Of a DNA stretch of 64,000 nucleotides, positions 25,420 through 39,438 are shown one piece after another. Location: contig NC_089436.1 in NCBI RefSeq assembly GCF_026210795.1, forward strand, positions 2,480,001 through 2,544,000, read 5' to 3'. The first letter of the stretch is position 1. Every line of letters begins with the position of its first letter. The notes below the pieces were generated by a model. The model was not told where the DNA came from, made no database searches, and worked only from the letters and a program-made list of their open reading frames with translations. This stretch comes from Rhizophagus irregularis. Lineage: Eukaryota. The position numbers were made by a program, and so were the translations under genes.

Positions 25420-27801
25420 ATATATATTGTTACCATATCCCAAAGAAATTCATTATAGCAATCTCTATTGTTATAGAAAAAAAAACATTTCACTAATTAA
25501 TATAAAAAAAAACAATTCCCAGAAAAATTAATATAATCATGAAAAAAAATTCCCATAAATCTATTATTGAGCTTGATATAACTTAAATATAATAATATTA
25601 TAATAAGAATCAGCAATTGCCATGGCGCCACAACATTGATCTGATCACCAATCCAAACCTAGGGGAAAAAAAAATAGAAAAAAATTAAAATGAAAAAAAA
25701 AATTTGTGAGGGAGGGACAAAGAGAAAATTGGATTGAAAAAGAAACTAAAAAGAAAAAATTCAAAAGAAAAAGAAAAAAAAATTGGGGTTATAAGAAAAA
25801 GGATAAAGAAAGAAATCGGTTTAAAAAAGGGAAATTTTCGAAAAAAAAGGAATCTGAAAAAAAAAATAAGTATTCCAAAAAAAGACAATAATTCGATCTA
25901 AAAAGACCGAAAAAAAATTTTAAAAAAAATCAATAATACGGTCTAAAAAGAGACTGAAAAAAATAATATAAAAAAAATCAGTCTTAAAAGACAATAATTT
26001 CAGATTTGGAAAAAAAACCGGAAAAGAATGAAAAAAGACAAAAAAATTTTCAGTTTGGAAAAAAAAAAAATTTCATTAACCGGAATTGGATTAGATGTAA
26101 TGCATTTACTAAATATAAAACGTAGCAATATATTTATTGTGGGTATATAACCTACGAATTTTGAAATGTTTTAAAGTGAAATGCATGATTGATCATGAGG
26201 TTAAACTGATTCATATACAATGTTTAGTGTATAGTTCTTTTACTATTTTCCGAAATAGTTTTATAATTTTATTACTTAAGGAAATAATGGATGTTATTAA
26301 TTAATGAAACGATAATATTTATTGACTGCGGGGAACTTTTATTACTTTTTAATGAATTGAAATAATTTATCTTATTGATAATTGGTTACTAAATGAAGAT
26401 CATAAATTTGGGTTGGAATTACGCATGTTGATCACAAGTTAATGATGAAATAATCCTGTGAGAAAAATGATGATTATAAGCTAAAGATGAGGACGTAACA
26501 ATGTATATAGCAACATGAAGTTTGAACACTTTGATTCAGACCTCAAATTACTATATTTTACACATTCTATTTAATATTTTAAGTTTGCGGAAATTATCAA
26601 TAGAACTGACGTTCCCGTACGGTGTGTGTAATCTATCGCAAATTTTATTTTATCTTCATTTAAAATTTTTATTTTTGGGATGAGAATTTTATGAATTTCG
26701 TAAATTTTATTGATGAAATGAGTTTAGAAAATGGGTTTGGTGAATTTTTATTAAGGAAATAATCTTATTTTTGAAAAACGGAAGGGAAATTATTGTATTT
26801 TATTTTTAATATTTTATTTTTGTTTGATGGATTTCATAAAAATCGGTTATTTTTAACTGAAATATGTGAAAAACATTTATTTTATTTGATGAATTTTATT
26901 TTTATTTTATTATTTTTATTTATTTTCATTATGAATATTTTATTTTTGAACAAATGTTAAATTTTCACCGAAAAATTAATTTATACAGGTTAATCTAAAC
27001 GTTAACCACATTTTTTTATTAATTATATATAGATTATTGATAAAAAACGTTTGCGCAACGTTTTATTAAAATAATTTAATAACGTTGCGAAAATGTTTAA
27101 TAAAAAACGATATTGCAATGTTTTCTATTAAAACAATTAATAAACGCTGCGAAACTGATTTTTTTATTAAGTTGCTTAATAAAAAATGTTTTCGCAACAT
27201 TTTTTGTTAAAATAATTAAACAAAGTGTTTTTTTTTTATTAATCACTTATTACATGTTAACGCAACATTCTTAAAAAACAAAAGAAATTTTTTTGGAGTT
27301 AAATTGCGATTGAAGTGATTGTTTTTTAAAATTTATTGTATAAATGATCAACAAAATTAAATTCTACCGAAAAACCTACAATTTGATGGTTAAACTTAAT
27401 ATGACATAAAAGTACAACAGGAAGTTCTAAATCACAAAATTGTGGTTTGAGTTCTGTCTAGTACTATTAATATTTATTTTAATTTTTTTAAGTACTAATA
27501 ATACTTCCGGAAAAAAAAATTGTGCAGATCATGCCCATATTTTGATAATGACAAAATAACTTTGGCCACTAATACCAAAAATAGGATCAACAAATTTTCA
27601 TACCAAATCTAATCTGATCAGCAAATTTATATTTGTTTTTTCATTTTTAAACATTAAAAAATGTCAAAAAATTTTGAGTTTAGGATTTTATTAAATTAAC
27701 TATAACACTGACTTAAGTAACACATTCAGTTATATCAACTTTATTATATGTAAATTTATGAGAAAAATGAGATTTTCTTATGTTAAAAGGCTGTTGTCAG
27801 G

Positions 27802-28281
27802 GGGTCTGGTTCACATTACCGACAATCATTTTACCGACAAAATAATAATTATTTTTAAGTTACAAAAAAAGCAAATTATATAAACTAAATTAAGAAAATT
27901 ATTAAGAACAATTCTAAGTACAATATATTATGAAGCTGAAATAAATTTTTTAAAAAATAAAATTGATAAATTAAATATTCATTAAATTCAAATTATTTTA
28001 TTATATATAAATATCATAGTATTTTACATTTTGTTATATATTAATCAATTTTTTATTTTACATATTATGGTAAATTCTTTTATATTAAATATGTATTTTA
28101 ATTTTCATAACTGAAGTGGGTAGTGAAATAGTAATAAATACTGTAAGTGTTGATGGTAAAATTGGGTGTCGGTAAAATGAGTGTCGGTAAAGTGTACCTG
28201 TCGGTAATATGATTGTCGGTAATATGAGTGTCGGTAAAATGATTGTCAGTAGTATGATTGTCGGTAATGTGAACGGGTCCC
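27802..28281. mobile_element. MULE/Mutator-type MITE
   Basis: TIR GGG(T/A)C..GTTCACATTACCGACAATCA; 9-bp TSD GTTGTCAGG (27793-27801, 28282-28290); array of TGTCGGTAA subterminal repeats. Confidence 0.85.
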
Positions 28282-28920
28282 GTTGTCAGGCAGTTCTTGA
28301 GAAAAACATAAAAATTTGATTTTATAAGTAAAATTACATTTTTTACTTTAAAAAATTTCTTTTTGTCTAAATTTTAACTTTTTGCAGCTAAAATTCAAAC
28401 TCCTGAATATATATTATAAAAAAAAACTTATGTTATTACTTTCTTAAAGGGATCGAGATTCGGGATACTTATGACCAGGTCTGTAATTTCGCCAAGTTTC
28501 GGAAGTATCGTCTGCTGAAAAGTTTCATTAACATTATTGAATGATGTTTCAGGCCCTTTTTTCAGTTAAATTGGATTTTGCCCTTTTATATTTTGCGCTT
28601 TTACCGACACTTGTTTTACCGATATAAAATTTACTGACTTCACTTTGTCAATTCGCCATTTCACTGACATTACATTTTTCCTGAAATTATTTCAATGAAT
28701 CACTATTTTTGTCAATAGCTATTTTGCCAACATAACATATAGTAGTATCGACATGATCATGAAATTTGGCCTTTTATTAAAGTTTTTTTGAAAATATATT
28801 TTTAATAATTAAAAAAAAAAATACTTATATCTTGTATTTATCACTCTAATCACTAAAAAAAGGTTTACATTGAATAAGTAATAAAACGACCCTAGCATCA
28901 CCATGTAAAAAATGGTAGCC

Positions 28921-29935
28921 GGATCCGTTGCCAGATTACACATGATCTGCGCACATGATTCGGACAATTATTATTGGTTATTGATTAAAAAAAATAAAAT
29001 TTGAACTCCAAAATTTGTAGCACCCCGTTGCTATGAAAGTATAGTTATACAAAATTATATTAACTAAATTTACGCTACCTTAGAATAAAAAATATATAAA
29101 ACAAATAGTATAATTAAATCTGAAAATTTTTGTCTATTAACTAAAAAAAATTTTTTGTTAAATTATTTTTGGTAATTTTATTTTATCATGATGTATTTTT
29201 TTGTTGGCAAAAAATGTGATAAAGTTATTTTATGTACTTTTAATTTTATTATTTATTATAATGAACTATTAAGATACTACATTTTACTTACTTTCACTAT
29301 AATAGATCATGTATTTTATTTGTAAATATAATTAACGCTAAATAGTTTGTTCCTATGCATTACAAATACAAAATATTATTAAACATGCTATGTCAAAAGA
29401 AGAGTGTCCTTTTTCTGATTTAATATGTAAACCCATATATAACCATCACCTTCTGATATAAGAGATACTATATAACGTTCAATTTCACAAAATATTTTCA
29501 ATATCTTCACTGTTGATAATAACTCAAAACAAAACTCATTCTTTAGTTCAGTATTTTTCCTTCATAAAGTTTATTAGTATTATTTATAAGAGGTTAAGGA
29601 AATATATATGATTTCTGTTATATCCTGCATAACTAATTGTCACGTCAGATTGTTTTTTTTTATTGAATGTGATCTTGTAAAATTATTTTAGCGTTTGCAA
29701 CATTTTTCAAAATAATTCCTTTTTCATTAAAAAATTCCCAACCTTCTCTAGTATAATGACACATTTACAAACCTTATTTTGTTGTTGATATGACATGTTA
29801 ACAATTTTTTAGAAAAATATTTCGTAAAAGAAAGAAAGGTGGTGTGTGGCGTAAAAGAATCGATCAGATTTATAATTACCAAAAATAATCGTCCGGATCA
29901 TGTGCGCAGATCATGTGTAACCTGGCAACAGATCC
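28921..29935. mobile_element. ~1-kb non-autonomous TIR element
   Basis: ~55-bp TIRs GGATC(C/T)GTTGCCAG(A/G)TTACACATGATCTGCGCACATGAT(T/C)CGGAC; no clear TSD; no intact ORF. Confidence 0.75.
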
Positions 29936-30412
29936 AGTAATTCCGGCCAAACACCTGAATGTCGATCATTTCCTTTTTGCGATAGCGTTACACAAAATTG
30001 ATTGTAAAATTTCCTTTTTATAACATTATTTCCAGAATTATAATTTGGCCCGAATTATGCCGATCAGCCGTAATCTTCAGCTTCGGAACGAAAATAAATT
30101 GGGTGGTCCATTCTTTTTGCAATTAGCTGTAAGATTGATTGTTATCGGGGCGAATTCTCGTCCTTGTTTAGCTAATTCATCAGAGAATCTGATGGTTAAC
30201 CGTTTTTGATTATTAAAAGGTTGATAGGTTGATAGGATCAACAATTTTATTTTTTGCCGATTCAAATAGTAATTATTAATGATGTCACGTGAACTTACAG
30301 TTTCAAATACCGACAAATTCGAAAAATTCTTGTGGATTTTTCTTCAGTTATGTGACACCGACGCTTGCACTTAATTCAGTCACTTATTTCATTCTGCTTA
30401 TATATAGCATAT

Positions 30413-30796
30413 GGGGACGCCCGTAGCAAAAGGGGGGAATGGGATAATTCCGTAATTTTAAAAAAATCGCAATTTAAATCACGTGATAAATTTGGCAGAT
30501 CATCACTTAATTGTGAAATAAATTGACTTTCGGACCTTTTTTTTTTATCTAATACTAAATTTTACAGGCAATTTACTAAGAGTATTGATTTTCTTTTAAT
30601 AAGTTTATGTTGCTTGTTAATTCTATAAAAGTAAAATGCAAATAATAAGAAAATTTCAAAATTAAACTTTTTTACTAATATATTATTAATAAAAAACCAT
30701 ATTTTCTTAATAATTAGACTAATAGACATATAATTATAATAAAATCTCAAATTTGAATTTTTTGGCCTATCCCCCCTTTTTGCTACGGGCGTCCCC
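30413..30796. mobile_element. MITE copy 2 (complete)
   Basis: TIRs GGGGACGCCCGTAGCAAAAGGGGG; ATAT on both flanks (a 4-bp AWWT target would fit Sola1, tentative). Confidence 0.85.
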
Positions 30797-30909
30797 ATAT
30801 ATAGTAAGTACTAATAAATAAAATAAATTAAATTATATTGCACAATTTGTTTAGACGATAAATAACGCAATAATAATAATAACGACAATAACGACGAACA
30901 ATTTTAAAG

Positions 30910-31273
30910 TATTAATTGGCAATCCGGCACTATCGCTATATAAACGTATTAAATTTTGGGGCAAATTTATTAAGATTTTTTATCAATTTGAAATCTGAGC
31001 TGCGTATATAGGTAAGTTATAAATATTAAAATATAATTATTGATTTATTTTACTGTATATGTACATATACCAATTAAGTATTTTTTGACAAATTTTCAAA
31101 GATTTTCTTAAAATATGAAAGGTACTTTCCTATAAGCTCAAAAAATCAATTCTTCGAATTTATAATTATTTCTATGCACAGTAGATTCAGACTATTAGTA
31201 ATTTTATTAAGTACCTTATCCCCAAAATCAATTATAAAAATAGTACCGATCTTATCCGGATTGCCAATTAATA
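30910..31273. mobile_element. Putative MITE
   Basis: Perfect 18-bp inverted repeat TATTAATTGGCAATCCGG / CCGGATTGCCAATTAATA. Confidence 0.6.
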
Positions 31274-32485
31274 AAAAAAAAATTGGTTTATTATTAATAA
31301 AATTTGGTTCTATATATTCTATATATATATATCTTATATATTTATTTTAATACAGTAATTTGATTAATAAATTATTATATTTATAATATCGAAACCGAAT
31401 TTATCGGCCCGGCTCGCTCCGGCTCGCAGAAATGGAGCAGAGTCGACAGAGTCGTCTATGGAGGGTACGATCTAATCCAAAATTTGACTCGTTTCTTGAC
31501 TGGCACTATATTTAACTCTGGCTGAAATCATCTCAAATCGAATGGACCATTTATATAACATTTTATGAATCAGTTGCTGCGCTATGAATTTCTGAAAAAA
31601 TTCTTACATGAAGAATTGTTTGCTGCTGTTGACCACCGACTATTACTTGTGAATTCGACTAGCAATTCAAGGCTCTAAAGGCTCTCAAGTTTGAAAACTC
31701 AGGTCGTTGCCACGTGAAGAATGCCAATAAGGTTATCGACTTGGCATTTTCACTCCTCCCTCTGGTCGATCGCTTAATGCCAGTTATTTATTTTTTGTTA
31801 ACATTTTACTAAACAGATAATAAGTGATACGAGCAATATCTTGATCATTGCTACGGCTGTAGTCGCAACTTGAAAAATTATATTATTTTTTATTAGTCTA
31901 TAATTTAAAGAGAGAATTTTTTAATCATCAACTTTAAACGTGGTAAAGAGCACAATTCATATTAAGCTACGAGTGCGGAGTACTATTTGGCTCACTCTTT
32001 CATTTTTCGATTTAAATCACATGACAGCACATAACCTTGATCTTGACAAATTAAATTTGTGCTACGGCGTTTATTTTTAACACAAAACCTCAAAAATATT
32101 TATTTACACATAATAATATAATATATAAAATAAAAATACAAAAATATACATAGATAAGAATTTTCTATGGCTGTGTTAGCAACCGGATTTACGTCGTTAA
32201 ATTCTAAGTTCCCAGAACATTTAGTACGTTTTGTCACTCCAGCCCCAATTTCACGCAATCCGGTAATAAATAAGTAATATATAAAAATAAGTCGTTTTAC
32301 GTTGCTCAATTGATTACGTTGCTCAATTGATTTTTTCGTTAAGATATAAATTATAGAATCGCGACCGAATTCGTCTCAGTTTTCTATATTTTACTATATT
32401 ATAATTCGAAAAACTATAACTAAACTATTTCATTACAATTGGCTTAAAATTAATATATTATATATAGTGTTCCATTGATATAACT

Positions 32486-35400
32486 CTATTGAGAGATTCC
32501 CTGTTTCAAAAGAATACCCAACCTTTCTTTAGCCTCTGGACAACCATTATTTGCTGCTTCTTTATACCAATAAATTGCTGCTTCTATACTTTTTTTGGTT
32601 CCTTCGCCTTGTTCATATAAAAGTGCAAGACTCCCTTGTGCTTCACAATTATTTTTTTCTGCTGCTAATTTGTAAAATTCAAATGCCTTTTCTTTATTAA
32701 TATCAACTCCAATTCCATGATCATAACAATATCCAAGTTTACATTGAGCATCATTAAATCCTTGATGAGCCGATTTTTTATAAAATTCAAATGCCCTAAT
32801 TTCATTTTGATATACACCTTTTCCAAATTCATAGCACATACCTAGATCATATAATGCGCTACTGTCATTTTCTGCTGCTTTTTTATACCAATGATTAATT
32901 TTATCTAAATAAGTATCAATTTTTTCATTATTTATAACTTGAATATTATTATTATTATTTCCAGCTGCTTCATCATACAATTCAAATCCCCTTATTTTAT
33001 TAACTTCAGTTCCAACCCCACTTACATAACAATAACCAAGTTGAAATTTTGCGTTTATGTTTCCATTTTCAGCTGATTTTTTATAATATTCAAAAGCTTT
33101 AATTTCATCTTTATTAATACCTAATCCTAATTCATAACATAATCCCAAGTTATTCTGTGCATAACTTTCATCATTTTTTGCTGCTTTTTGAAACCAATAA
33201 ATGGCTGTATTCAAATCTTTTTCAGTTCCTTCACCTCTTAAATATAACATGCCAAGATTATTTTGTGCAATATTATGGCCTTTTTCTGCTGCTAATTTGT
33301 ACAATTCAAATGCCTTTACTCTATTTATGTCAATTCCAATTCCATAATCATAATAATATCCCAGTTGAAATTGCGCATATTTATATCCTTGTTTAGCTGA
33401 TTTTTGATATAATTCAAAAGCTTTTCTTATATTTTTTTTTACATAATTACCATTTTTGTAAAAATCACCCAAAATATATTGTGCAAATTTATTTTCTTTT
33501 TCCGCAGCTTTTTGAAAATAATTAAATGATTTCCTAAAATTTGTATCCATTAATAATATTTTTCCAATAAAATACAATCCAAGTTGGTGTAAACTTTTAA
33601 AAAATAAAATTATGTAATTTAATGAAAGGTTATTTTTTTTAATTTTTATATTATAATATTTTTTAATTATTTCTTTTGCAATTACATTTCCATTAGTTAT
33701 TGCCTTTTTATACCAGTATAATGCCTTCACTTCATCTATTTCAGTTCCAATTCCATTATACAAATAATTTCCAAGTTGTTGTTGAGCATCGGCAATTTTT
33801 TGTCTAGCTAAGGACTTATAATAGTTGAAAGCTTTAACTTCATCTTTTTTAACTCCTTTTCCAAACCTATAACAATTTGCAAGATAAAGTTTTGCAGTTA
33901 TATTTCCATTATTAGCTGCTTTTTGATACCAATAAACTGATTTATTCTCATTCTTTTTTGTTCCAATACCAAATTCATAACAATATCCTAAATAAAATTG
34001 TCCCAAAATACTTCCATTTTCTACAGATTTTTGATACCATGTGAATGCTAAATATTTACTCTGTTCTGTTTCTTCTCCATCATTGTAACATTTACCAAGA
34101 TATATTTGAGCTAATGAAAAGTTATCCTCTGACGCTCTTGAAAACAATTTCAATGCTTTACTACTATTTTCTTCCGTATCTTCTGTATCAATATCGTAAT
34201 AATAAAACAATCCCAAAAACCATTTATATTGTGCTTTATATTGATTATTTAATAACCAATTGATAAGATTTTCTGTAGTTTTATTCAATTGTAACATTTG
34301 TTGTATTTGATCAAATGCAAAGCCTAAATCATGTTTATTGATAATATATTCAATTAATTCGTCAACAGTTTGACCATTAACTATCAAATCATTTTCAAAC
34401 TCTATTATAAAAGATTCATTTTCATCATTTGTTGATGTATTTAATGATATTAAACTATCATTAATTAAATTCTCTAATGAACAATTTTCTTCATTTTCAA
34501 ACATTGTTTTAAGAATTGAAACGACTTGTTGCATGTCTGGGCGTTCATCTGGTTCATTTTTCCAACATTCTAATTGAATAATATATAAAATAAAATTAAT
34601 ATATGTGATGCGATCTTTAATTATATGTAAAGAATAATGTATTTACCCGTATATAACTTAGAATATTCAACGGGAGTTCCTTCAATAATTTTTTCTCTTA
34701 GTCCATCATTTATAGACATGACTAACCTTAAATCATAATCAAAACCCTTATCTTTGAATGGCTCGCGTCCACTTGATATTTGCCATAAAAGCACTCCAAC
34801 ACTATATACGTCAGATTTCTTGCTTAACAAATAGTTATCATTATTAAAAGATTTTGGATCGACATAAGGTATCACGCCAAGAATTTTCGATGCATTACTT
34901 GATCGTTCAGCAATTTTCTTTGATAATCCAAAATCTGCCAGTTTAATACCGTTCTTACTTATAAGTATATTATTAGCATGCTACCATTTATTTATTTATT
35001 TAGTTGTTGTTTTTGTTATTTTTTTTTAAAAAAAAAATTAAAAAAATTGATTAATATAAAAATGAATTTTCAATATCACTTAAAAAGTAACAAATTATTA
35101 CCAGATCACAATGAATAATATTCTTATCATGTAAATACGATACGGCGCTTGTCAACTGTAAAGCTAAGCCTAGTTTATTATTCCATGTAAGTTCAATAAA
35201 ATGCTTTTTTAAATAAGTACTTAATGTACCACTGTGAGCATATTCCAGAACTAAACAGTATTCACTCATTTGATAAACTACGTCTATAAAAATAAAGTAA
35301 ATGTTAAATAAAAGTTAAAGTAATAAATGATTATTTTAAACCATACCAGTTTCTATTTTTGTTACTCCAAACAATTGTAAAATATTCTCATGACGACCAA

Positions 35401-35941
35401 TCGTCCGATATAAATCTAGCTAATAGGGAATGATAAAAAAAACATTAGAAAACATTTATTTTTTATTTATTTATTTTTTTTTTTGCTGCAGCACATATAA
35501 TTCTTTATTAAGATTTTATATAAAAAAAGCTAACAGTTACTATAAAATACACGTAAAATGAGTATCAATATGTCACGTGACTATATTATATGTGACCTTT
35601 CCACAATACAGTTTGACACAATTAAAAAAACCCACCTCATTGATAATTTGTTGAAGAGTCGTCTCGTCGTTATTAAATGATTTCAAAGCATAAAAGCCGG
35701 CAGCATTCTTCATATTGGCACGTAGTACGCTTCCATAAGAACCTTTGCCTACTGGCTTTAGATTCCTAAAGTTCGAATATTCAAAATATTTGATATCTTC
35801 ATTACTTTTTAACCAACTAATGAATGTATCATTTGTTTCCTTTTTTATCATTTCATATAACTTTGAGTCTTTTTTTCCTATTCCATTTGAATATTTTATT
35901 TTCGCATCGGTTGACAAATTTATTTCTGAGTTATTTGACAT
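32486..35941 (-). CDS. TKL-like kinase K3 fused to a Sel1-like repeat array (exons 35941-35636, 35419-35347, 35283-35102, 34980-34647, 34569-32486)
   Basis: GKGSYGSV, YALK, HCDLHANN, DFG, PYVDP and [12 protein letters not shown]; the long last exon has many AQxxLGxCYxxGxGxxxDxxKAFEYYKKSAExG repeats. Confidence 0.93.
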
Positions 35942-37205
35942 TTTTTACTCTTATAAAAGAATACTATAATACATTTAACATTGTTTTCTCATTTTCTGTT
36001 GACTTAAAAGCGCGCAAACAATATTTAATAAATATTGTGAGTGCTATAGATCGGCAAGTAACACCTATGTCAATATTCACCAAAATAGACCAAATTAAAA
36101 ATAATTCGTGCTACTGTAGTGCTACTGTAGAAAAAACAAACTTTTCTAAATGGAAAAAGAATTTAGAAGGTTGTACATAAAATTGTGACGTGACACCAAT
36201 CCTAACCTCATCATGCTGTAATAAGATTCTAACTAATAGTTTTTTTAGTTAAATCAACGGACATGCGCAACATGCGCAATGACAAATATACATTTGCCTT
36301 TGCAGTCTCTTGTCGAACATTCCTACTAAACAAGAAGCTTTTTAGGTTTATTCTCTATAAATGTATCAAAATAATCGGGAGTTTATAATAAACGATCCTA
36401 TTAGCGAAAAATTGCGTTCTTAAACGAATGGTGTGATGCAAATTTTCTTATGAAAATCAGGGGGTATTGCATGCTTCATATCAGGTGATTCAAATTTAAC
36501 CCTTCTTGCAGAATACGTAACACAATTTATTAGGATTGGATTAGGTACACAGTGGCGTAAATTATGATGAGACTAAAGGTCATCATGATAAAACATTCTT
36601 CTGCCGATTTAAAAAAACTCTCCTTCGAAAATTGGTATCGCCATCGCCATCTGTATGCATCAACAATTATGCGGTTCGTCCAATAAGTCTTAGTTTTAGC
36701 TTAATTTAGCTAATTAATAAAGTTAACGTATGTATATCATATTTGGTTATTTACAAAAACAAATAAAAAGTAGATTATCTGGGTTTTGAACATAGATTTT
36801 ACCGTTATCCGTGATTTATTTTACAAGTAAATCAAAACTATATGTGGTTACCTAATTTTTTATTAAGCGATTAACTTTATCCTGTTAATCAATTTCACCA
36901 TTAACGTTTGTGCTACTTGAAGGCAATGATGTGCTCTTGGAAGATTGGAAGCACTATTGGAAGCATAATTTTCTAATAAAACCAGGATTGGAAACTTCCA
37001 ACAAATACTATTGGAAGTACAAATGCACATCACTGCTTGAAGGCTAACATAATTCCGGCCAGGATCAAGATAATTTCTTAAATAATTCTGACCAGACTTA
37101 AGATTAAAAAAGTGGACAAAATTGTCCACGCGAAATAAACAAACAGATTGGCTACAAGAAATCATGAAAAATAAAGTGGGCACACGAAATTTAACAAAAA
37201 AGGGG

Positions 37206-37754
37206 TAGGGATTGGACCCGGGTTAGACTTATACCCGGGTTACCCGCAGGTGGGTGGGTATCCGGGTGGTAATAATTTCCACCCGGGTGGAGGCAGGTAG
37301 GTCAACCACTAAACCCGTCAGGTCAACCTGGCAGATTACCCGTCAAGTCACCTGTTTAGTCACCTGTTGTTGATAAATTTTTTTATTGACCAATGTAAAT
37401 CATTTAAAAGTTCCAATATAAATTAGTAAAATGATGTATCTTCAAATCATGATATTCAACTTGTTAGCCAATTGTTATTTGTTAAAAGAAATAGTTTATA
37501 TTGTAAAGCTTGGAGTTAATAATATTTGAAATATAATAAGTTTGTTTTTTTTTGATCATAATAAAGCTACTATATAGCAAAAGAAATCAATATATAATAT
37601 AAATGTTTTACAAGTTTTAAAATAAATAGTAATTTTTATATGTATTACGGGTGGGTAGCGGGTGGGTTGACGGGTTGGGTTGACCCGGGTGAACCCGCGG
37701 GTCCATCTGCCAGGTGACCCTGGTAGAGATTTTTTGAGACGGGTCCAATCTCTA
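37206..37754. mobile_element. hAT-type MITE with ACCCG/CGGGT subterminal repeats
   Basis: 15-bp TIR TAG(G/A)GATTGGACCCG; 8-bp TSD AAAAGGGG. Confidence 0.9.
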
Positions 37755-38114
37755 AAAAGGGGGTGAATTGTCTATGAGAAATCAAAAAATGGAGTGAACA
37801 TGTAAAAATAAAAGAGAAAAAGCGGACAAAATTGTTCAGGAACAAAATTAATAAAATATTTAATTTACAAGCAGCTTAAAGGACACTTTTATTTATTAAA
37901 TAAAATAAGAAACTAGCAACTTGAAACCTATCATTAGGGACTACCCCAGCAACATTGATCAGCAATCATGTGACAAACCTGTATTTTAATTACCAATCAT
38001 CACTTGACAAATCGTCATCTATCCGCTAATTTTATTGGATTCTGGCCAAAATAATTTCGGCTAAAATTATGGCGCTTTGCGGCTTTAGAAATTAGGCCGA
38101 AATTACGTTAATTT

Positions 38115-38174
38115 CAGCCAAGCGAAAAAATCGTCAAAATCACGCGCGATTTTTGGGCCATCCTGGACACCCTA
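38115..38174 (-). mobile_element. Solo terminus of the hAT family seen at 50121
   Basis: ATCCTGGACACCCTA is the reverse complement of TAGGGTGTCCAGGAT at 50121; similar CGATTTT subterminal motifs. Confidence 0.6.
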
Positions 38175-38691
38175 ATACAAAAGTTTTTCATTATCCTTGC
38201 CAATATGTTTAATATTATCCACACATATTTGTGTGCTATTTCTATACTACTTTCCAGTAATAACATAATAACTTCTACTTTCCACCCGCATATTTTGAAA
38301 TAAAATTTGCCTAATTTAAAATCACAATAATAAAAATTATTTTCTTTAAAATATGGCATAAACAAAGGCCTAGACTTTCGCAACTTTTTAAATTTACTGC
38401 ACGTTTAAAAAGAAAATTAAAAATAGGTACTAATTACAAATAATAATAAATTATCATCTATACCGTAAAACCATTGTAATCTTTAAAAAATATGGGATTT
38501 CACGTTACTTATTTGTAAATAATATCAATGACATACAATAACGAGTACGGACTTGGACTTCTTGCTATTTTCACGGTACATGGGAAATAAAATTCCTGAA
38601 TTAGCTGTTGAACTTTATATGGATATTTCATCCTCTTAAAAATATTATTTCTTTAAAACACGTTGTTTTGTTTACAGTATATGAAAAACTA

Positions 38692-38913
38692 CGGTCGGTT
38701 CGTTATACCGATTTTACAGTAAAACGAATTTATAAACCGTATTATAACACTATTATAACTGTATGTAACAAAATTTTTCTTATACCGATTTTTTTATATA
38801 TATAACGAAGTGACATACGCTGTGTATAACCAAATTTATCCGGTTAATACCAGACTTTCCCATTATAACGAAGGCCCAATATTCCTGGACAAAAAAATTC
38901 GGTATAAGGACTG
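38692..38913. mobile_element. Decayed Tc1/pogo-like MITE
   Basis: TA-C(G/A)GTC... / ...GACTG-TA ends with TTATACCG / TATAACG subterminal motifs. Confidence 0.45.
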
Positions 38914-39438
38914 TAGATAATAAGGTTACCCGCCATGAACTAATAATAATCTTCATTCGATAGTAACCACTATACCATTGTGATACTTAAGACTACAGTT
39001 CGGTTTAATAAGACAAGATGATATATAATATTAATCTCGTACCAATTATTTTAGGTTAAAAAAAAAATTATATTTACTCCAATTAATTTATTCTTGAATT
39101 TCTTCGATACATACTAACATGTTGAAGGAGAATCATTTGCTTTACTTAGAATTCTAACAAATTTATTTGGTTTTGTAAAATTTAATGACAATTCATAATG
39201 TTTGATTTCACATTCATTTTAAATTTTATAATTACAATTCGCGAACCGAGTTTTATGAAAATCAAAGAAGAATAAATATTTATGAAATTATGTCCCTCAA
39301 TAATACCATATAATGCGGCTCTTCTTATGTAACATGACCCTGCCTCAGACTAACAATCTTAACTATATAACGGTAGCCTTTTTGAGATACCTGTCAATAT
39401 AAAAAAAAAAATATTTACTAAAGTAAAAGCTTAACAGA

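Noticed and set aside
25685..25891. Lys-rich and Phe-rich ORFs on opposite strands
   Set aside because: Products of an A-rich low-complexity tract, with no coding signal
13539..38805. Short ORFs overlapping MITEs (13539-13787, 18411-18697, 30562-30798, 37645-37845, 38608-38805)
   Set aside because: They lie within non-coding TIR elements, mostly with non-ATG starts and no domain motifs
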